In this document: positions 27,208 through 42,100 of the stretch, one piece after another
How positions within the stretch are numbered: the first letter of the stretch is position 1
Layout of the letters: every line of letters begins with the position of its first letter
From: Eledone cirrhosa
Lineage: Eukaryota
Direction of reading: 5' to 3'
Assembly: GCA_964016885.1 (NCBI GenBank)
Contig: OZ024755.1
Location: 28,892,001 to 28,956,000, forward strand
DNA: 64,000 nucleotides
Made by a program: the position numbers and the translations under genes
Notes under the pieces: generated by a model
The model's database searches: none
The model's input: the letters and a program-made list of their open reading frames with translations, nothing else
What the model was told of the DNA's origin: nothing

Positions 27208-27331
27208 AATTCCATATATGGTAAAAGTGATTGTCGGGGTCCTACTCGTTCCTATTACTCACTCTACTACCCTAAGTATTGAGTACTTTGGTGCGTTATG
27301 GTCCACCTGGTTCATTACCACATTTCCTCCG

Positions 27332-27392
<61 letters not shown>

Positions 27393-27516
27393 TAAAATAG
27401 CGAGTTGTGTGGTTGCAATTAAGTATAATGAAGATGAAAAGTTACGGGCGAAAGAGAGGAATACCCATCGTCAGTTGTTTGCTAGGAATCATAGGTATTT
27501 CTTCGCGTGTATATAA

Positions 27517-27670
27517 AGGTAGAACACTGGAAGGTAATATCCGTAGTGGTAGAGCACTCAGTCCATGGGACGAGTTTGGTAGAGATAGTAACACAACAGT
27601 TAGTTCACCATACCGAGAACAATTGTTTCACCTTAGCGGATCTTCAACTGGTACTGGTCATGGTTATGGT
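27517..27670 (-). mobile_element. Naiad/Penelope 3' pseudo-LTR with hammerhead
   Basis: Downstream of the GIY-YIG ORF. tTGAAGA-TCCGCTAAGGT-GAAA-CAATTG-TT at 27608-27653. Matches the island at 5351-5580. Confidence 0.8.
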
Positions 27671-27805
27671 TATATGGAACAGGAAGAGCAACCGTATGAA
27701 CGCGCATGCGCAGAAACGGTCACTTCGCCCGGGCGAAAGGGGTAAGGGAGAACTGCGAAAGTCCGGAAAGGTATTCGAGTTGAGTAGAAAATTAGAATGT
27801 TGTTG

Positions 27806-28606
27806 TTATTCAATCCGGAGCCTTGTAGTTATCAAGAGGTATTTCCAGACATGCAGACAACGTGAGAAGATTTCATTTCCTCAATTTAGGCAATCGCTAT
27901 TGCGTAATCTCCTTAGAATATTTATCCTTTCTTCAATACACAGTCCACAAGACGGATTGCCTCTTGCGTATGGCTTGGACTTGGTGATGGCTTTCCATTG
28001 AATCGAGTAGTCTATACCTCAGTCCTTGAGAGACCATACGTGGCTCGCGAGTTTCGTGGATGATCGTTTGTCCTGGTACATAAAGGTCGACTGGTGGTTC
28101 AGGAAGCGTTCCTTAAATCGGCCCTCCAGCATACCCACATAGGATTTGACTTCCTGTAGTTGATTTGGTCGGATGGAAGTGACCACAGCTTCATAAACTA
28201 CGGCAAGTGTGTTGCATTGCTGTTGAAGGGGACAAGCTTCAGGCTTTCGGCAAGAGCATCCTGGTGCAATGCTGCTCTTAGGACTGTTGGTAATGTGGGC
28301 CTTTATATTCTTAGTGCAGGAGTACCCTAGTTTTACTCTGTGTCTGTTAAAGATGGAGCGGTATTTGTGGCATATGGGAAAGTGTCTATCAAAAAGGGTT
28401 AATGTGGGAAAAAAATGTTTAGCCCTCTTAGATAGACACTTTCCCATAGGCCACAAATACCGCTCCATCTTTAACAGATTTGGGCGTATATTTGTGATGT
28501 TCGTGTCGATTGTGATTTTAAGACCTAGGTTGCGACAGTTATTCAGCAGATCTTTACGGAACCTGTCCATGTCCTACCCGTTGCGGTCGTCTCGGTATAG
28601 ATCGAT
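27806..28606 (-). pseudogene. Penelope-like retroelement (Naiad-type) RT fragment + linker + GIY-YIG endonuclease
   Basis: IDLYRDD...DRFRKDL...LGLKITI; DRHFP..H...IFNR..VKLGYSC; CSCRKPEACPLQQQC; VVYEAVV...YVGM.E..FKERFLNH; continues past TGA to CGLCIEE...LN*GNEIFSRCLH. Internal deletion and inversion. Confidence 0.9.
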
Positions 28607-30313
28607 GGTTTGGTCGCTTCAGGGTATGGATGATGCTTTTTGTGGAAGAAAGATGGGTGTCCATTGCAACAAAACCCTAACGTTAAACCCAAATGTTACG
28701 AAGCAGAGATCAAGCACACAAAATACAACAAGCCATTAACCTGCAAAAAATACGTAGTCATAGTCCAGGACCATTTAAAACCTGCACCACTCCACATTTA
28801 GACACTCCAGCATGAAAACCGCCATAACACTAACAAATATTTATTTGTTATTACGCAGCCTATCCACTTATGAATTAGAATCATTCCCATTACTTGCTAG
28901 AGCTTAGTCATTTATTAATTGTTATATTTCCTTGGCACAGTCTTTGAAAAATATCTAATATATTTTCCTGGGGTAAGAGAATGTTATTGTTGTTTTGACA
29001 TCTTTATTTTTAAGATATTTAATCCAAATTCTTTTAACATTTGTCATAGTGTCTGGAATACAGTATCCAATGTTTGTTGCCTTTTTTGTGAATATAATAA
29101 TTTTTAAATTCATGGTTTTTATTGCACTACTTCAAAAAGTCCAAGCATCAGGGTAGGAGCTTCTTCGAGTATGAAATACTTCTCCCAGAAAATTAGGTTT
29201 TTCATCATCTCTTGCATTTTTCTTCGAGTAACACGTGTAACAGTTGTTTATGTTAAACCATAGATAAATCCTGACTCTGAAGACCTATGACAAAAGGTGT
29301 CCCAGCCATGAATATTACTTCTTTTTATGATATCAGAACTGGATTTGAAGACTTTTTTGTCGGTTAGATAATATACGAAATATTTCATTGCTAATACGCA
29401 TAGCGAATTTATTATATATGTTTCCGAGGGACGTATATCCAGAAAGTTCACCAAATTTATGTAATATGCCAACAATCACTTAATCTCTATTATTGTGAGG
29501 ATAGGCCGACAGAAGGAAAGAATAACATAAAGTGACAATATAGGACACACTTTCATTTCAGAGGCGAAATGTCTTCAGATATATTTATATTTAAACACGC
29601 CTTATTTATGCTTTGTGCAGCGTGAGAATAGTTAACTGAAATAAAGGACAGAAAATTTGTAGACAGGAATAAGAAACATCTAGAAAACATCAGTTAAAAA
29701 AGTATAAATATATAAATAGAAATTTTTGAAAAAAAACAAAAAAAAACGGAGCATGCATAAATGCTATAGATTGAAAATGGTAATTGAAAAGACAGAGAAA
29801 GACAACTTTCTGTTAGACCACAGGAGTATAACAAGATGGGAAGCCGAGGATAAATTGTTTTGTTTACGAATAAATGTGAATTCGTAAAAAAATAAATAGA
29901 ACAACATAGCAGGGAGAAAAAAGAATAATAATAAAGTATTACGGACATGAAAAAATAATAGAGTGTAAAACGAATGAAAAGGAGGCATGAATTTCTAGGG
30001 AATACAAATTTCTATGTTTATGCAATATGGATGTATGCTGCATGTTTCAGAGTGAAGAGTGAATGTGTTTGTGAACGCACGTGTATCTAATTGTGAATAA
30101 CTATATATATATATTTATGTATATTTATATATACATACACACATATATATATGCATGCATACATACATACATACATATATATATATATACATACATATAT
30201 ATATGCAAGCATACATACAAACACATATATATATATAGGAAAAGAGTCAGAAGCCCGACGGCTGAGCTCCAGCAGTTTCGACAGCTAGATCCGTAAATAT
30301 ATATATATATATA

Positions 30314-30937
30314 TAAACTATAATAAAGTAAGGAGCGCAGGACTGCGTACGGTTTATAATTGTTATCACATTAGTAAAATAAGTTGGATTACTTTGAATA
30401 AATAATTGTTTCTACTTTAGGCACAAGGCCAGCAATTATCCCAGTGTATTACTGGTACTTTATTTTATCGACCCCGTAAGGATGAAAGGCAAAGTCAACC
30501 TCAGCGGGATTTGAACTCAGATCGTAAAGGGACGTAACTATGCTGGATGAATGAATATTACATAATTTATGTACTAAATTTTGGGGCTGTTGATTAAATA
30601 TGTTTTGTTTATTTAAAGATTCACTTATTTAAAATTTCTGAAATGTCAACACTTCCGGTTGGCCATCGCTTAAATAAACATACTAATTTTCTGTCACCAA
30701 TTTTCTCCTAATGCAGTTTATATATAATATCGTATTTTTTTAAATTATCATTGATTACGTTACTGATTAAATAAGACAGTGTGACGCAGTCTTCGTTCAA
30801 TTTCTATGTATTATATATTGTCAATTACGATTTTATTTGATGTATCATATCTACATGTATATATACCTGCGTATAATATCAATATACACACTACACATGC
30901 TAGCAGAAAACCACCCGAGGGGTGGTTTTTATGCTAG
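30314..30937 (+). mobile_element. Non-autonomous Helitron H1 copy 2 with SINE at the same site
   Basis: 3' aaaaccacccgaggggtggtttt hairpin + CTAG|t. SINE at 30402-30547 (-). Confidence 0.8.
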
Positions 30938-31253
30938 TATATATAAACTTTGCAAAGTATCGCTGCTTTCACCCTTAGCGTTAAGGGTGAAAGCAGCGAT
31001 TCTTTCCTTAAACTTTAATCTGTTATTTTAATAAATATTTACTCTTTTGTTATATATATATATTATATGTATTACTATATATAGGAGGTGAGTTTTATTG
31101 TAGTACAATAAAGCAATGCAAATATCGGATGAGATGCACTCTACAGTTTGTAAGACTGGAGTATACATAATATATAAGATCAAAAGAGTTCCATGTATAA
31201 TTAAATACATGGAACTCTTTTAACCATCTTTTGATCTTATATATATATATATA

Positions 31254-31602
31254 TACAATATTAAATAAATGGAAAACTATATTTATAAAACCATATTTAT
31301 TTCATTATATATATTTCGGGGATATCATATTAACAATATGCTATGCCTTCATCAGACAAAATACAATGTAAACAGTTTTATAGATAAATATATTCGACAT
31401 ACCGTAATAAACATCGACTTCATTTGAAGCAAATGAAGTCGATGTTTATTACGGTATGTCGAATATATTTATCTATAAAACTGTTTATATTGTATTTTGT
31501 CTGATGAAGGCATAGCATATTGTTAATATGATATCCCCGAAATATATATAATGACATAAATATGGTTTTATAAATATAGTTTTCCATTTATTTAATATTG
31601 TA
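31254..31602. repeat. 173-bp-arm palindrome of a hammerhead-bearing pLTR (family F)
   Basis: Arms 31254-31426 and 31430-31602, loop aag. CTGATGA...GAAA-TATATA-TA at 31501-31560, mirrored on the minus strand. Confidence 0.92.
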
Positions 31603-31686
31603 AATATACTCCAAATATTTGTCGAGTGCTTTTATATCAGTTATAAATATTTACTAGTTGTAACCCAACAATTTTAAATATAACTT

Positions 31687-31762
<76 letters not shown>

Positions 31763-32029
31763 ACATTAAATGGTGGATTGGTGGGTAGAACTCCGCTAAG
31801 AAGGCACATTGTATATATTTCATCGTCGTATTGTCTCCAATCAAATAAATATATTCTATCACTATGAATATGATTTGAGTAAATCTGGAAGAGTATTCCC
31901 GAAGACAGAACAAAATAACGAGCCCAGCAACTCTCGGTCTCATGTGAGTCTGTTAAGACAATTTTCTCAACCAATATTTAATCTCCCCGTGTTTCGCAGG
32001 TCAACCGTTTGTTTATCTTAAAAAACACA

Positions 32030-32240
32030 ATAGGCGCTGTGCTGAGGTGTGAGCCTTGCGAGATGGAATGGCTCTTCCAGCGCATTTCCTTTACCATCCT
32101 TCCGCGAAACGCCTTCTCCATTCTGTCCGCCGGGGCTGTGTGGCGGCCAGCACGTGGGACCCCATTTGCTCACCATACAGAGAGATGGGGAGGTCGGTGG
32201 GAGTTCGGCTCTTCCGTGTTCGGCCCACATTGCACCCGTC
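32030..32240. repeat. GC-rich interspersed repeat family X (copy 2)
   Basis: Homologous to 4735-4975. Confidence 0.8.
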
Positions 32241-32664
32241 ATGAGTATTTCCATATTTGTGACGAACATTGTGAATTCATATTTATAGTTTGAATTTGAA
32301 TAGCCTGTAGAAAAAAGCACCAGTAATGCACTGGGATAATTGCTGGCCTTATGCCAAAAGTGGAAACAATTAACATTTCGATATTTATTTTACTACAATT
32401 TGTAAACTTAATGAATTGCTCTCAATACACATTGGATTTGTTAGTAACTCATTTGATAGTCTGTAGAATTAATTCCAATAAAAAACGTAATTCTCAGGAA
32501 TATAAATATATTTTTGGATGTATAAATATTTTGTAGTCAGTATATAAATTGCTATACACTTGGATACATATAATGTTTGCAAGGTGTCAGACACATTTAC
32601 ATCTTTCCCTCTTCTACTATACGCATACCACTTACAAATTCTTCTTATAAAAACATATATATAT

Positions 32665-32765
<101 letters not shown>

Positions 32766-32957
32766 GATTCGTGCGTGCGTGTGTGGTTTCGAGGGTTTGC
32801 GCCAATTCATGTTTACATGTGCTTCATTTCTCATGCGTGTGACAAATTACATACACCCATACACTAACACCCACATATACACACACATATCTATCTATCA
32901 GCCTATATACACACACACAAACACACAATCATACACACGCAAACGCACACACACACG

Positions 32958-32996
<39 letters not shown>

Positions 32997-33021
32997 GCAC
33001 TCTCTCTCTCTCTCTCTCTCC

Positions 33022-33075
<54 letters not shown>

Positions 33076-33469
33076 CGTTTTTTAATTTGCTTTGCAAGAT
33101 TTCATATCTGAAGACGTGTGTTGAAACAGATATTGTTATACATTGGGAATGTCATTCTGCCAAGAAAAACACACGGAACCCTCGGTTTTCACTTCAATTC
33201 ATTATACATTTCCAGTTGGCTGGTTGATTGGTTGGTTCAATGACTGGTTTCTTATGATGTGTCCCTCCTTTGTTCTGTTCTACACCATCTTGTTTTTGTG
33301 CTTCAGTTGACGACACACGAAAACAAGATGGTGGTACAGATGACACTATAATACTCAGCAGCACCTAAAGTATCGGGTTTCTCTATCAAGTTATTCCTAA
33401 AAATGATCCCATGTACAATTAATTTTATTCTATAAAAATGACTTGTGTTCTCCGTACACATACACTTAA

Positions 33470-34192
<723 letters not shown>

Positions 34193-34582
34193 TTGTTGTT
34201 CGGAAATTAAACTTAATAATTAATTGCACTTGGACGAAATATATATTTCAAAATGTGAAAGTGAACTTATTAAAGACAGGCCGGCAGGAATGTAGTGGGC
34301 GTGTTTTGTATTTACCCCAATGCTGTTTCAGGCGTTTTTCCCAGCTCCGTTATACAAGATTATGTATTTAGACACATTCTCTAGTTTATTCTTGAATTTC
34401 GTTAGCCCAGTTACCACTCTGCTACATTCTTGTTGAAACTGCTAATTACTTGTTATGTATGATCATTTCCATAATTGCATATAGTAAAGTAACTTCTATG
34501 TCTTGTAGTCTTAATCCTTGTACATTAAATGCTAGCTAATAAAGACATTAGTATATATTTGAATATTATTGGTATGTTATTC

Positions 34583-34831
34583 ACATTGGGATGGTACGGA
34601 CACGTGACAAGATCTTCAGGGCTTGCCAAGACCGTCCTGCAGGGAACATTGCAAGAAGCCAGGAAGAGAAGGGAGCACAACATCCCGGAATGGACGGGCG
34701 TATGGTTGGGTGCAAACACGACGGGAGGTGGAGAGTCAAGAGGAATGGAAGGAGCTAGTTGCCAGGTCATCTGTGGCGCCCTAACTGTCCACCAGACAAC
34801 GGGACAGCCAGATGAGATGAGATGAGATGAG
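34583..34831 (+). mobile_element. RTE-clade LINE 3' end with (GATGA)n tail
   Basis: LGWYGHVTRSSGLAKTVLQGT...NIPEWTG. Tail gatgagatgagatgagatgag. ggtatgttatt flanks both ends (TSD-like). Confidence 0.85.
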
Positions 34832-35243
34832 GTATGTTATTTAGATTAACAAATACCAACCACAGTGTGAGATTCAAAGCATTCTTAATCTGAGCACAAA
34901 TAAATTATGATGAATGCGTATATTAATCCTTTAATCAATATTTAAATATAGTTCAAAGCTAAATTATAAAGACGTGCAATGCATCACTATACTAGATAAT
35001 TGGCGATACAATGTGTTACAGGTATAAAGATGAGAATACTGCATCAATATAGAGTTAATCTACAATTGTCTTCTTTGTCACTCTTTCCATGTATATTTAT
35101 ATCGCTAGGGATATATAAACAAACATACGTACACATACACACATATACACACACATGCATATTTATGATATTAGTGATTAGAGTGGATTATTCCATTATT
35201 ACATTTGGTAAGGTGAGAGAATCTCAATGCACACTAAAATCAT

Positions 35244-35296
<53 letters not shown>

Positions 35297-35769
35297 CACA
35301 CACATATATATATAATATAGAAATGGCTTCTACGGGACTAGAGCTGCTTCATTCATTCGCGAGAAATCTCTCTGATATGTATTAAGTACCTTACTTACTG
35401 TGGTTACCCCCGATTGAACCCGGGATAAATATACCCATATTATATACCCATGCATACATACACACATAAACACACACACGCACACACACACACACATTCA
35501 AATGCTTATGCATACGTACACACATTCACAAACATACGCCACTCACTCACAGTAAAACACACACATATATATATATATATATATTACTATCATTAGTACT
35601 ATAAACATGGCCACTGTCGTCACTGTTGCTGGTAGCGACGCAGATAATGATGGGATTTGAAAGGTTTTCTTTTTTTTTATGAAAACTTGGGTACAATTAA
35701 AGCTGTTAATGTGTGTTGCTGTTTACATTTATCGTTTCTTTGTTGTTGCTTTCATAAACTTTGATCGTT

Positions 35770-36010
35770 TTTACTGGGTTTTGCAACTGTTCTTTATGCC
35801 CTTTCTCAACTCAGCCCTATTTAGAGCTATCTCATCCCACTTGTCTATATCAAATACCAGCTCTTTGGGTTTGGTTTGATGCTGTCCTTCCTCCTCATTT
35901 TCGGCGTGTGTTGAGGCATTTTTCCGAGATAGATATCACCGTAAAACAGTTGCTTCAAGATCCTGCTTTCTCTCATGGCGACGCTATGTCCTGCCCAGCC
36001 CATTTGAGAA
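35770..36010 (-). mobile_element. RTE (BovB-like) LINE 3' fragment
   Basis: Minus strand WAGHSVAMRESRILKQLFYGD. Confidence 0.7.
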
Positions 36011-36064
36011 TCTTTTGTGGTGGCAGCTGATGTTGCTGTTATTGTTTGGCTTATTTATCGTTTT

Positions 36065-36074
36065 GATGTTGTCG

Positions 36075-36115
<41 letters not shown>
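36065..36115. repeat. (GTT)n microsatellite adjacent to the satellite
   Basis: Direct reading. Confidence 0.95.
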
Positions 36116-36116
<1 letters not shown>

Positions 36117-36144
36117 TCTTGTTATTCTTGTAGATGTTGGTGTT

Positions 36145-39100
36145 CATAAGCTCTGAGCGTGTCACTAAAAGACAGTAAAGGGACTTGTCCAAGAATCTAG
36201 TTAGGTTTATTCTAACATAAGCTCTGACCAAGTCACTAAAAGACAGTAAAGAGACTTGTGGAAGAATCTAGTTAGGTGTATACTAACATAAGCTCTGACC
36301 AAGTCACTAAAAGACAGTAAAGAGACTTGTCCAAGAATCTAGTTAGGTGTATACTAACATAAGCTCTGACCAAGTCACTAAAAGATAGTAAAGAGACTTG
36401 TCCAAGAATCTAGTTAGGTGTATACTAACATAAGCTCTGACCAAGTCACTAAAAGACAGTAAAGAGACTTGTCCAAGAATCTAGTTAGGTGTATACTAAC
36501 ATAAGCTCTGACCAAGTCACTAAAAGATAGTAAAGAGACTTGTCCAAGAATCTAGTTAGGTGTATACTAACATAAGCTCTGACCAAGTCACTAAAAGACA
36601 GTAAAGAGACTTGTCCAAGAATCTAGTTAGGTGTATACTAACATAAGCTCTGACCAAGTCACTAAAATACAGTAAAGAGACTTGTCCAAGAATCTAGTTA
36701 GGTGTATACTAACATAAGCTCTGACCACGTCACTAAAAGACAGTAAAGAGACTTGTCCAAGAATCTAGTTAGGTTTATACTAACATAAGCTCTGACCAAG
36801 TCACTAAAAGACAGTAAAGAGACTTGTCCAAGAATCTAGTTAGGTGTATACTAAGATAAACTCTGACCGAGTCAATAAAAGACAGTAAAGAGACTTGTCC
36901 AAGAATCTAGTTAGGTGTATACTAAGATAAACTCTGACCGAGTCAATAAAAGACAGTAAAGAGACTTGTCCAAGAATCTAGTTAGGTTTATACTAACATA
37001 AGCTCTGACCAAGTCACTAAAAGATAGTAAAGAGACTTGTTCAAGAATCTAGTTAGGTGTATACTAACATAAGCTCTGACCAAGTCACTAAAAGACAGTA
37101 AAGAGACTTGTCCAAGAATCTAGTTAGGTGTATACTAACATAAGCTCTGACCAAGTCACTAAAAGATAGTAAAGAGACTTGTCCAAGAATCTAGTTAGGT
37201 GTATACTAACATAAGCTCTGACCAAGTCACTAAAAGATAGTAAAGAGACTTGTCCAAGAATCTAGTTAGGTGTATACTAACATAAGCTCTGACCAAGTCA
37301 CTAAAAGACAGTAAAGAGACTTGTCCAAGAATCTAGTTAGGTGTATACTAACATAAGCTCTGACCAAGTCACTAAAAGACAGTAAAGAGACTTGTCCAAG
37401 AATCTAGTTAGGTGTATACTAACATAAGCTCTGACCACGTCACTAAAAGACAGTAAAGAGACTTGTCCAAGAATCTAGTTAGGTTTATACTAACATAAGC
37501 TCTGACCAAGTCACTAAAAGATAGTAAAGAGACTTGTCCAAGAATCTAGTTAGGCGTATACTAACATAAGCTCTGACCAAGTCACTAAAAGATAGTAAAG
37601 AGACTTGTCCAAGAATCTAGTTAGGTGTATACTAACATAAGCTCTGACCAAGTCACTAAAAGACAGTAAAGAGACTTATCCAAGAATCTAGTTAGGTTTA
37701 TACTAAGATAAACTCTGACCGAGTCACTAAAAGACAGTAAAGAGACTTGTCCAAGAATCTAGTTAGGTGTATACTAACATAAGCTCTGACCAAGTCACTA
37801 AAAGACAGTAAAGAGACTTGTCCAAGAATCTAGTTAGGTTTATACTAACATAAGCTCTGACCAAGTCACTAAAAGACAGTAAAGAGACTTGTCCAAGAAT
37901 CTAGTTAGGTGTATACTAAGATAAACTCTGACCGAGTCACTAAAATACAGTAAAGAAACTTGTCCAAGAATCTAGTTAGGTTTATACTAACATAAGCTCT
38001 GACCAAGTCACTAAAAGACAGTAAAGAGACTTGTGGAAGAATCTAGTTAGGTGTATACTAACATAAGCTCTGACCACGTCACTAAAAGACAGTAAAGAGA
38101 CTTGTCCAAGAATCTAGTTAGGTTTATACTAACATAAGCTCTGACCAAGTCACTAAAAGACAGTAAAGAGACTTGTCCAAGAATCTAGTTAGGTGTATAC
38201 TAAGATAAACTCTGACCGAGTCAATAAAAGACAGTAAAGAGACTTGTCCAAGAATCTAGTTAGGTGTATACTAAGATAAACTCTGACCGAGTCAATAAAA
38301 GACAGTAAAGAGACTTGTCCAAGAATCTAGTTAGGTTTATACTAACATAAGCTCTGACCAAGTCACTAAAAGATAGTAAAGAGACTTGTTCAAGAATCTA
38401 GTTAGGTGTATACTAACATAAGCTCTGACCAAGTCACTAAAAGACAGTAAAGAGACTTGTCCAAGAATCTAGTTAGGTGTATACTAACATAAGCTCTGAC
38501 CAAGTCACTAAAAGATAGTAAAGAGACTTGTCCAAGAATCTAGTTAGGTGTATACTAACATAAGCTCTGACCAAGTCACTAAAAGATAGTAAAGAGACTT
38601 GTCCAAGAATCTAGTTAGGTGTATACTAACATAAGCTCTGACCAAGTCACTAAAAGACAGTAAAGAGACTTGTCCAAGAATCTAGTTAGGTGTATACTAA
38701 CATAAGCTCTGACCAAGTCACTAAAAGACAGTAAAGAGACTTGTCCAAGAATCTAGTTAGGTGTATACTAACATAAGCTCTGACCACGTCACTAAAAGAC
38801 AGTAAAGAGACTTGTCCAAGAATCTAGTTAGGTTTATACTAACATAAGCTCTGACCAAGTCACTAAAAGATAGTAAAGAGACTTGTCCAAGAATCTAGTT
38901 AGGCGTATACTAACATAAGCTCTGACCAAGTCACTAAAAGATAGTAAAGAGACTTGTCCAAGAATCTAGTTAGGTGTATACTAACATAAGCTCTGACCAA
39001 GTCACTAAAAGACAGTAAAGAGACTTATCCAAGAATCTAGTTAGGTTTATACTAAGATAAACTCTGACCGAGTCACTAAAAGACAGTAAAGAGACTTGTC

Positions 39101-42100
39101 CAAGAATCTAGTTAGGTGTATACTAACATAAGCTCTGACCAAGTCACTAAAAGACAGTAAAGAGACTTGTCCAAGAATCTAGTTAGGTTTATACTAACAT
39201 AAGCTCTGACCAAGTCACTAAAAGACAGTAAAGAGACTTGTCCAAGAATCTAGTTAGGTGTATACTAAGATAAACTCTGACCGAGTCACTAAAATACAGT
39301 AAAGAAACTTGTCCAAGAATCTAGTTAGGTTTATACTAACATAAGCTCTGACCAAGTCACTAAAAGACAGTAAAGAGACTTGTCCAAGAATCTAGTTAGG
39401 TTTATACTAACATAAGCTCTGACCAAGTCACTAAAAGACAGTAAAGAGACTTGTCCAAGAATCTAGTTAGGTGTATACTAAGATAAACTCTGACCGAGTC
39501 AATAAAAGACAGTAAAGAGACTTGTCCAAGAATCTAGTTAGGTGTATACTAAGATAAACTCTGACCGAGTCAATAAAAGACAGTAAAGAGACTTGTCCAA
39601 GAATCTAGTTAGGTGTATACTAAGATAAACTCTGACCGAGTCAATAAAAGACAGTAAAGAGACTTGTCCAAGAATCTAGTTAGGTTTATACTAACATAAG
39701 CTCTGACCAAGTCACTAAAAGATAGTAAAGAGACTTGTCCAAGAATCTAGTTAGGTGTATACTAACATAAGCTCTGACCAACTCACTAAAAGACAGTAAA
39801 GAGACTTGTCCAAGAATCTAGTTAGGTGTATACTAACATAAGCTCTGACCAAGTCACTAAAAGATAGTAAAGAGACTTGTCCAAGAATCTAGTTAGGTGT
39901 ATACTAACATAAGCTCTGACCAAGTCACTAAAAGATAGTAAAGAGACTTGTCCAAGAATCTAGTTAGGTGTATACTAACATAAGCTCTGACCAAGTCACT
40001 AAAAGACAGTAAAGAGACTTGTCCAAGAATCTAGTTAGGTGTATACTAACATAAGCTCTGACCAAGTCACTAAAAGACAGTAAAGAGACTTGTCCAAGAA
40101 TCTAGTTAGGTGTATACTAACATAAGCTCTGACCACGTCAGTAAAAGACAGTAAAGAGACTTGTCCAAGAATCTAGTTAGGTTTATACTAACATAAGCTC
40201 TGACCAAGTCACTAAAAGATAGTAAAGAGACTTGTCCAAGAATCTAGTTAGGTGTATACTAACATAAGCTCTGACCAAGTCACTAAAAGATAGTAAAGAG
40301 ACTTGTCCAAGAATCTAGTTAGGTGTATACTAACATAAGCTCTGACCAAGTCACTAAAAGACAGTAAAGAGACTTATCCAAGAATCTAGTTAGGTTTATA
40401 CTAAGATAAACTCTGACCGAGTCACTAAAAGACAGTAAAGAGACTTGTCCAAGAATCTAGTTAGGTGTATACTAACATAAGCTCTGACCAAGTCACTAAA
40501 AGACAGTAAAGAGACTTGTCCAAGAATCTAGTTAGGTTTATACTAACATAAGCTCTGACCAAGTCACTAAAAGACAGTAAAGAGACTTGTCCAAGAATCT
40601 AGTTAGGTGTATACTAAGATAAACTCTGACCGAGTCACTAAAATACAGTAAAGAAACTTGTCCAAGAATCTAGTTAGGTTTATACTAACATAAGCTCTGA
40701 CCAAGTCACTAAAAGACAGTAAAGAGACTTGTCCAAGAATCTAGTTAGGTTTATACTAACATAAGCTCTGACCAAGTCACTAAAAGACAGTAAAGAGACT
40801 TGTCCAAGAATCTAGTTAGGTGTATACTAAGATAAACTCTGACCGAGTCAATAAAAGACAGTAAAGAGACTTGTCCAAGAATCTAGTTAGGTGTGTACTA
40901 AGATAAACTCTGACCGAGTCAATAAAAGACAGTAAAGAGACTTGTCCAAGAATCTAGTTAGGTTTATACTAACATAAGCTCTGACCAAGTCACTAAAAGA
41001 TAGTAAAGAGACTTGTCCAAGAATCTAGTTAGGTGTATACTAACATAAGCTCTGACCAAGTCACTAAAAGACAGTAAAGAGACTTGTCCAAGAATCTAGT
41101 TAGGTGTATACTAACATAAGCTCTGACCAAGTCACTAAAAGACAGTAAAGAGACTTGTCCAAGAATCTAGTTAGGTGTATACTAACATAAGCTCTGACCA
41201 AGTCACTAAAAGACAGTAAAGAGACTTGTCCAAGAATCTAGTTAGGTGTATACTAACATAAGCTCTGACCAACTCACTAAAAGACAGTAAAGAGACTTGT
41301 CCAAGAATCTAGTTAGGTGTATACTAACATAAGCTCTGACCACGTCACTAAAAGACAGTAAAGAGACTTGTCCAAGAATCTAGTTAGGTGTATACTAACA
41401 TAAGCTCTGACCACGTCACTAAAAGACAGTAAAGAGACTTGTCCAAGAATCTAGTTAGGTTTATACTAACATAAGCTCTGACCGAGTCACTAAAAGACAG
41501 TAAAGAGACTTGTCCAAGAATCTAGTTAGGTTTATACTAACATAAGCTCTGACCAAGTCACTAAAAGACAGTAAAGAGACTTGTCCAAGAATCTAGTTAG
41601 GTGTATACTAACATAAGCTCTGACCAAGTCACTAAAAGACAGTAAAGAGACTTGTCCAAGAATCTAGTTAGGTGTATACTAACATAAGCTCTGACCAAGT
41701 CACTAAAAGACAGTAAAGAGACTTGTCCAAGAATCTAGTTAGGTGTATACTAACATAAGCTCTGACCAACTCACTAAAAGACAGTAAAGAGACTTGTCCA
41801 AGAATCTAGTTAGGTGTATACTAACATAAGCTCTGACCAAGTCACTAAAAGACAGTAAAGAGACTTGTCCAAGAATCTAGTTAGGTTTATACTAACATAA
41901 GCTCTGACCAAGTCACTAAAAGACAGTAAAGAGACTTGTCCAAGAATCTAGTTAGGTTTATACTAACATAAGCTCTGACCAAGTCACTAAAAGACAGTAA
42001 AGAGACTTGTCCAAGAATCTAGTTAGGTGTATACTAACATAAGCTCTGACCACGTCACTAAAAGACAGTAAAGAGACTTGTCCAAGAATCTAGTTAGGTG

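Noticed and set aside
27861-28021. In-frame TGA codons in the Naiad endonuclease as selenocysteine
   Set aside because: Some Naiads are reported to encode selenoproteins, but these TGAs (LKD*G, LN*G) fall at positions usually basic rather than Cys, which fits CGA>TGA decay. The copy also has a TAG and deletions, and I see no SECIS.
28900-29480. Decayed LINE or host exon
   Set aside because: Coding-like texture but no motif I can assign with confidence.
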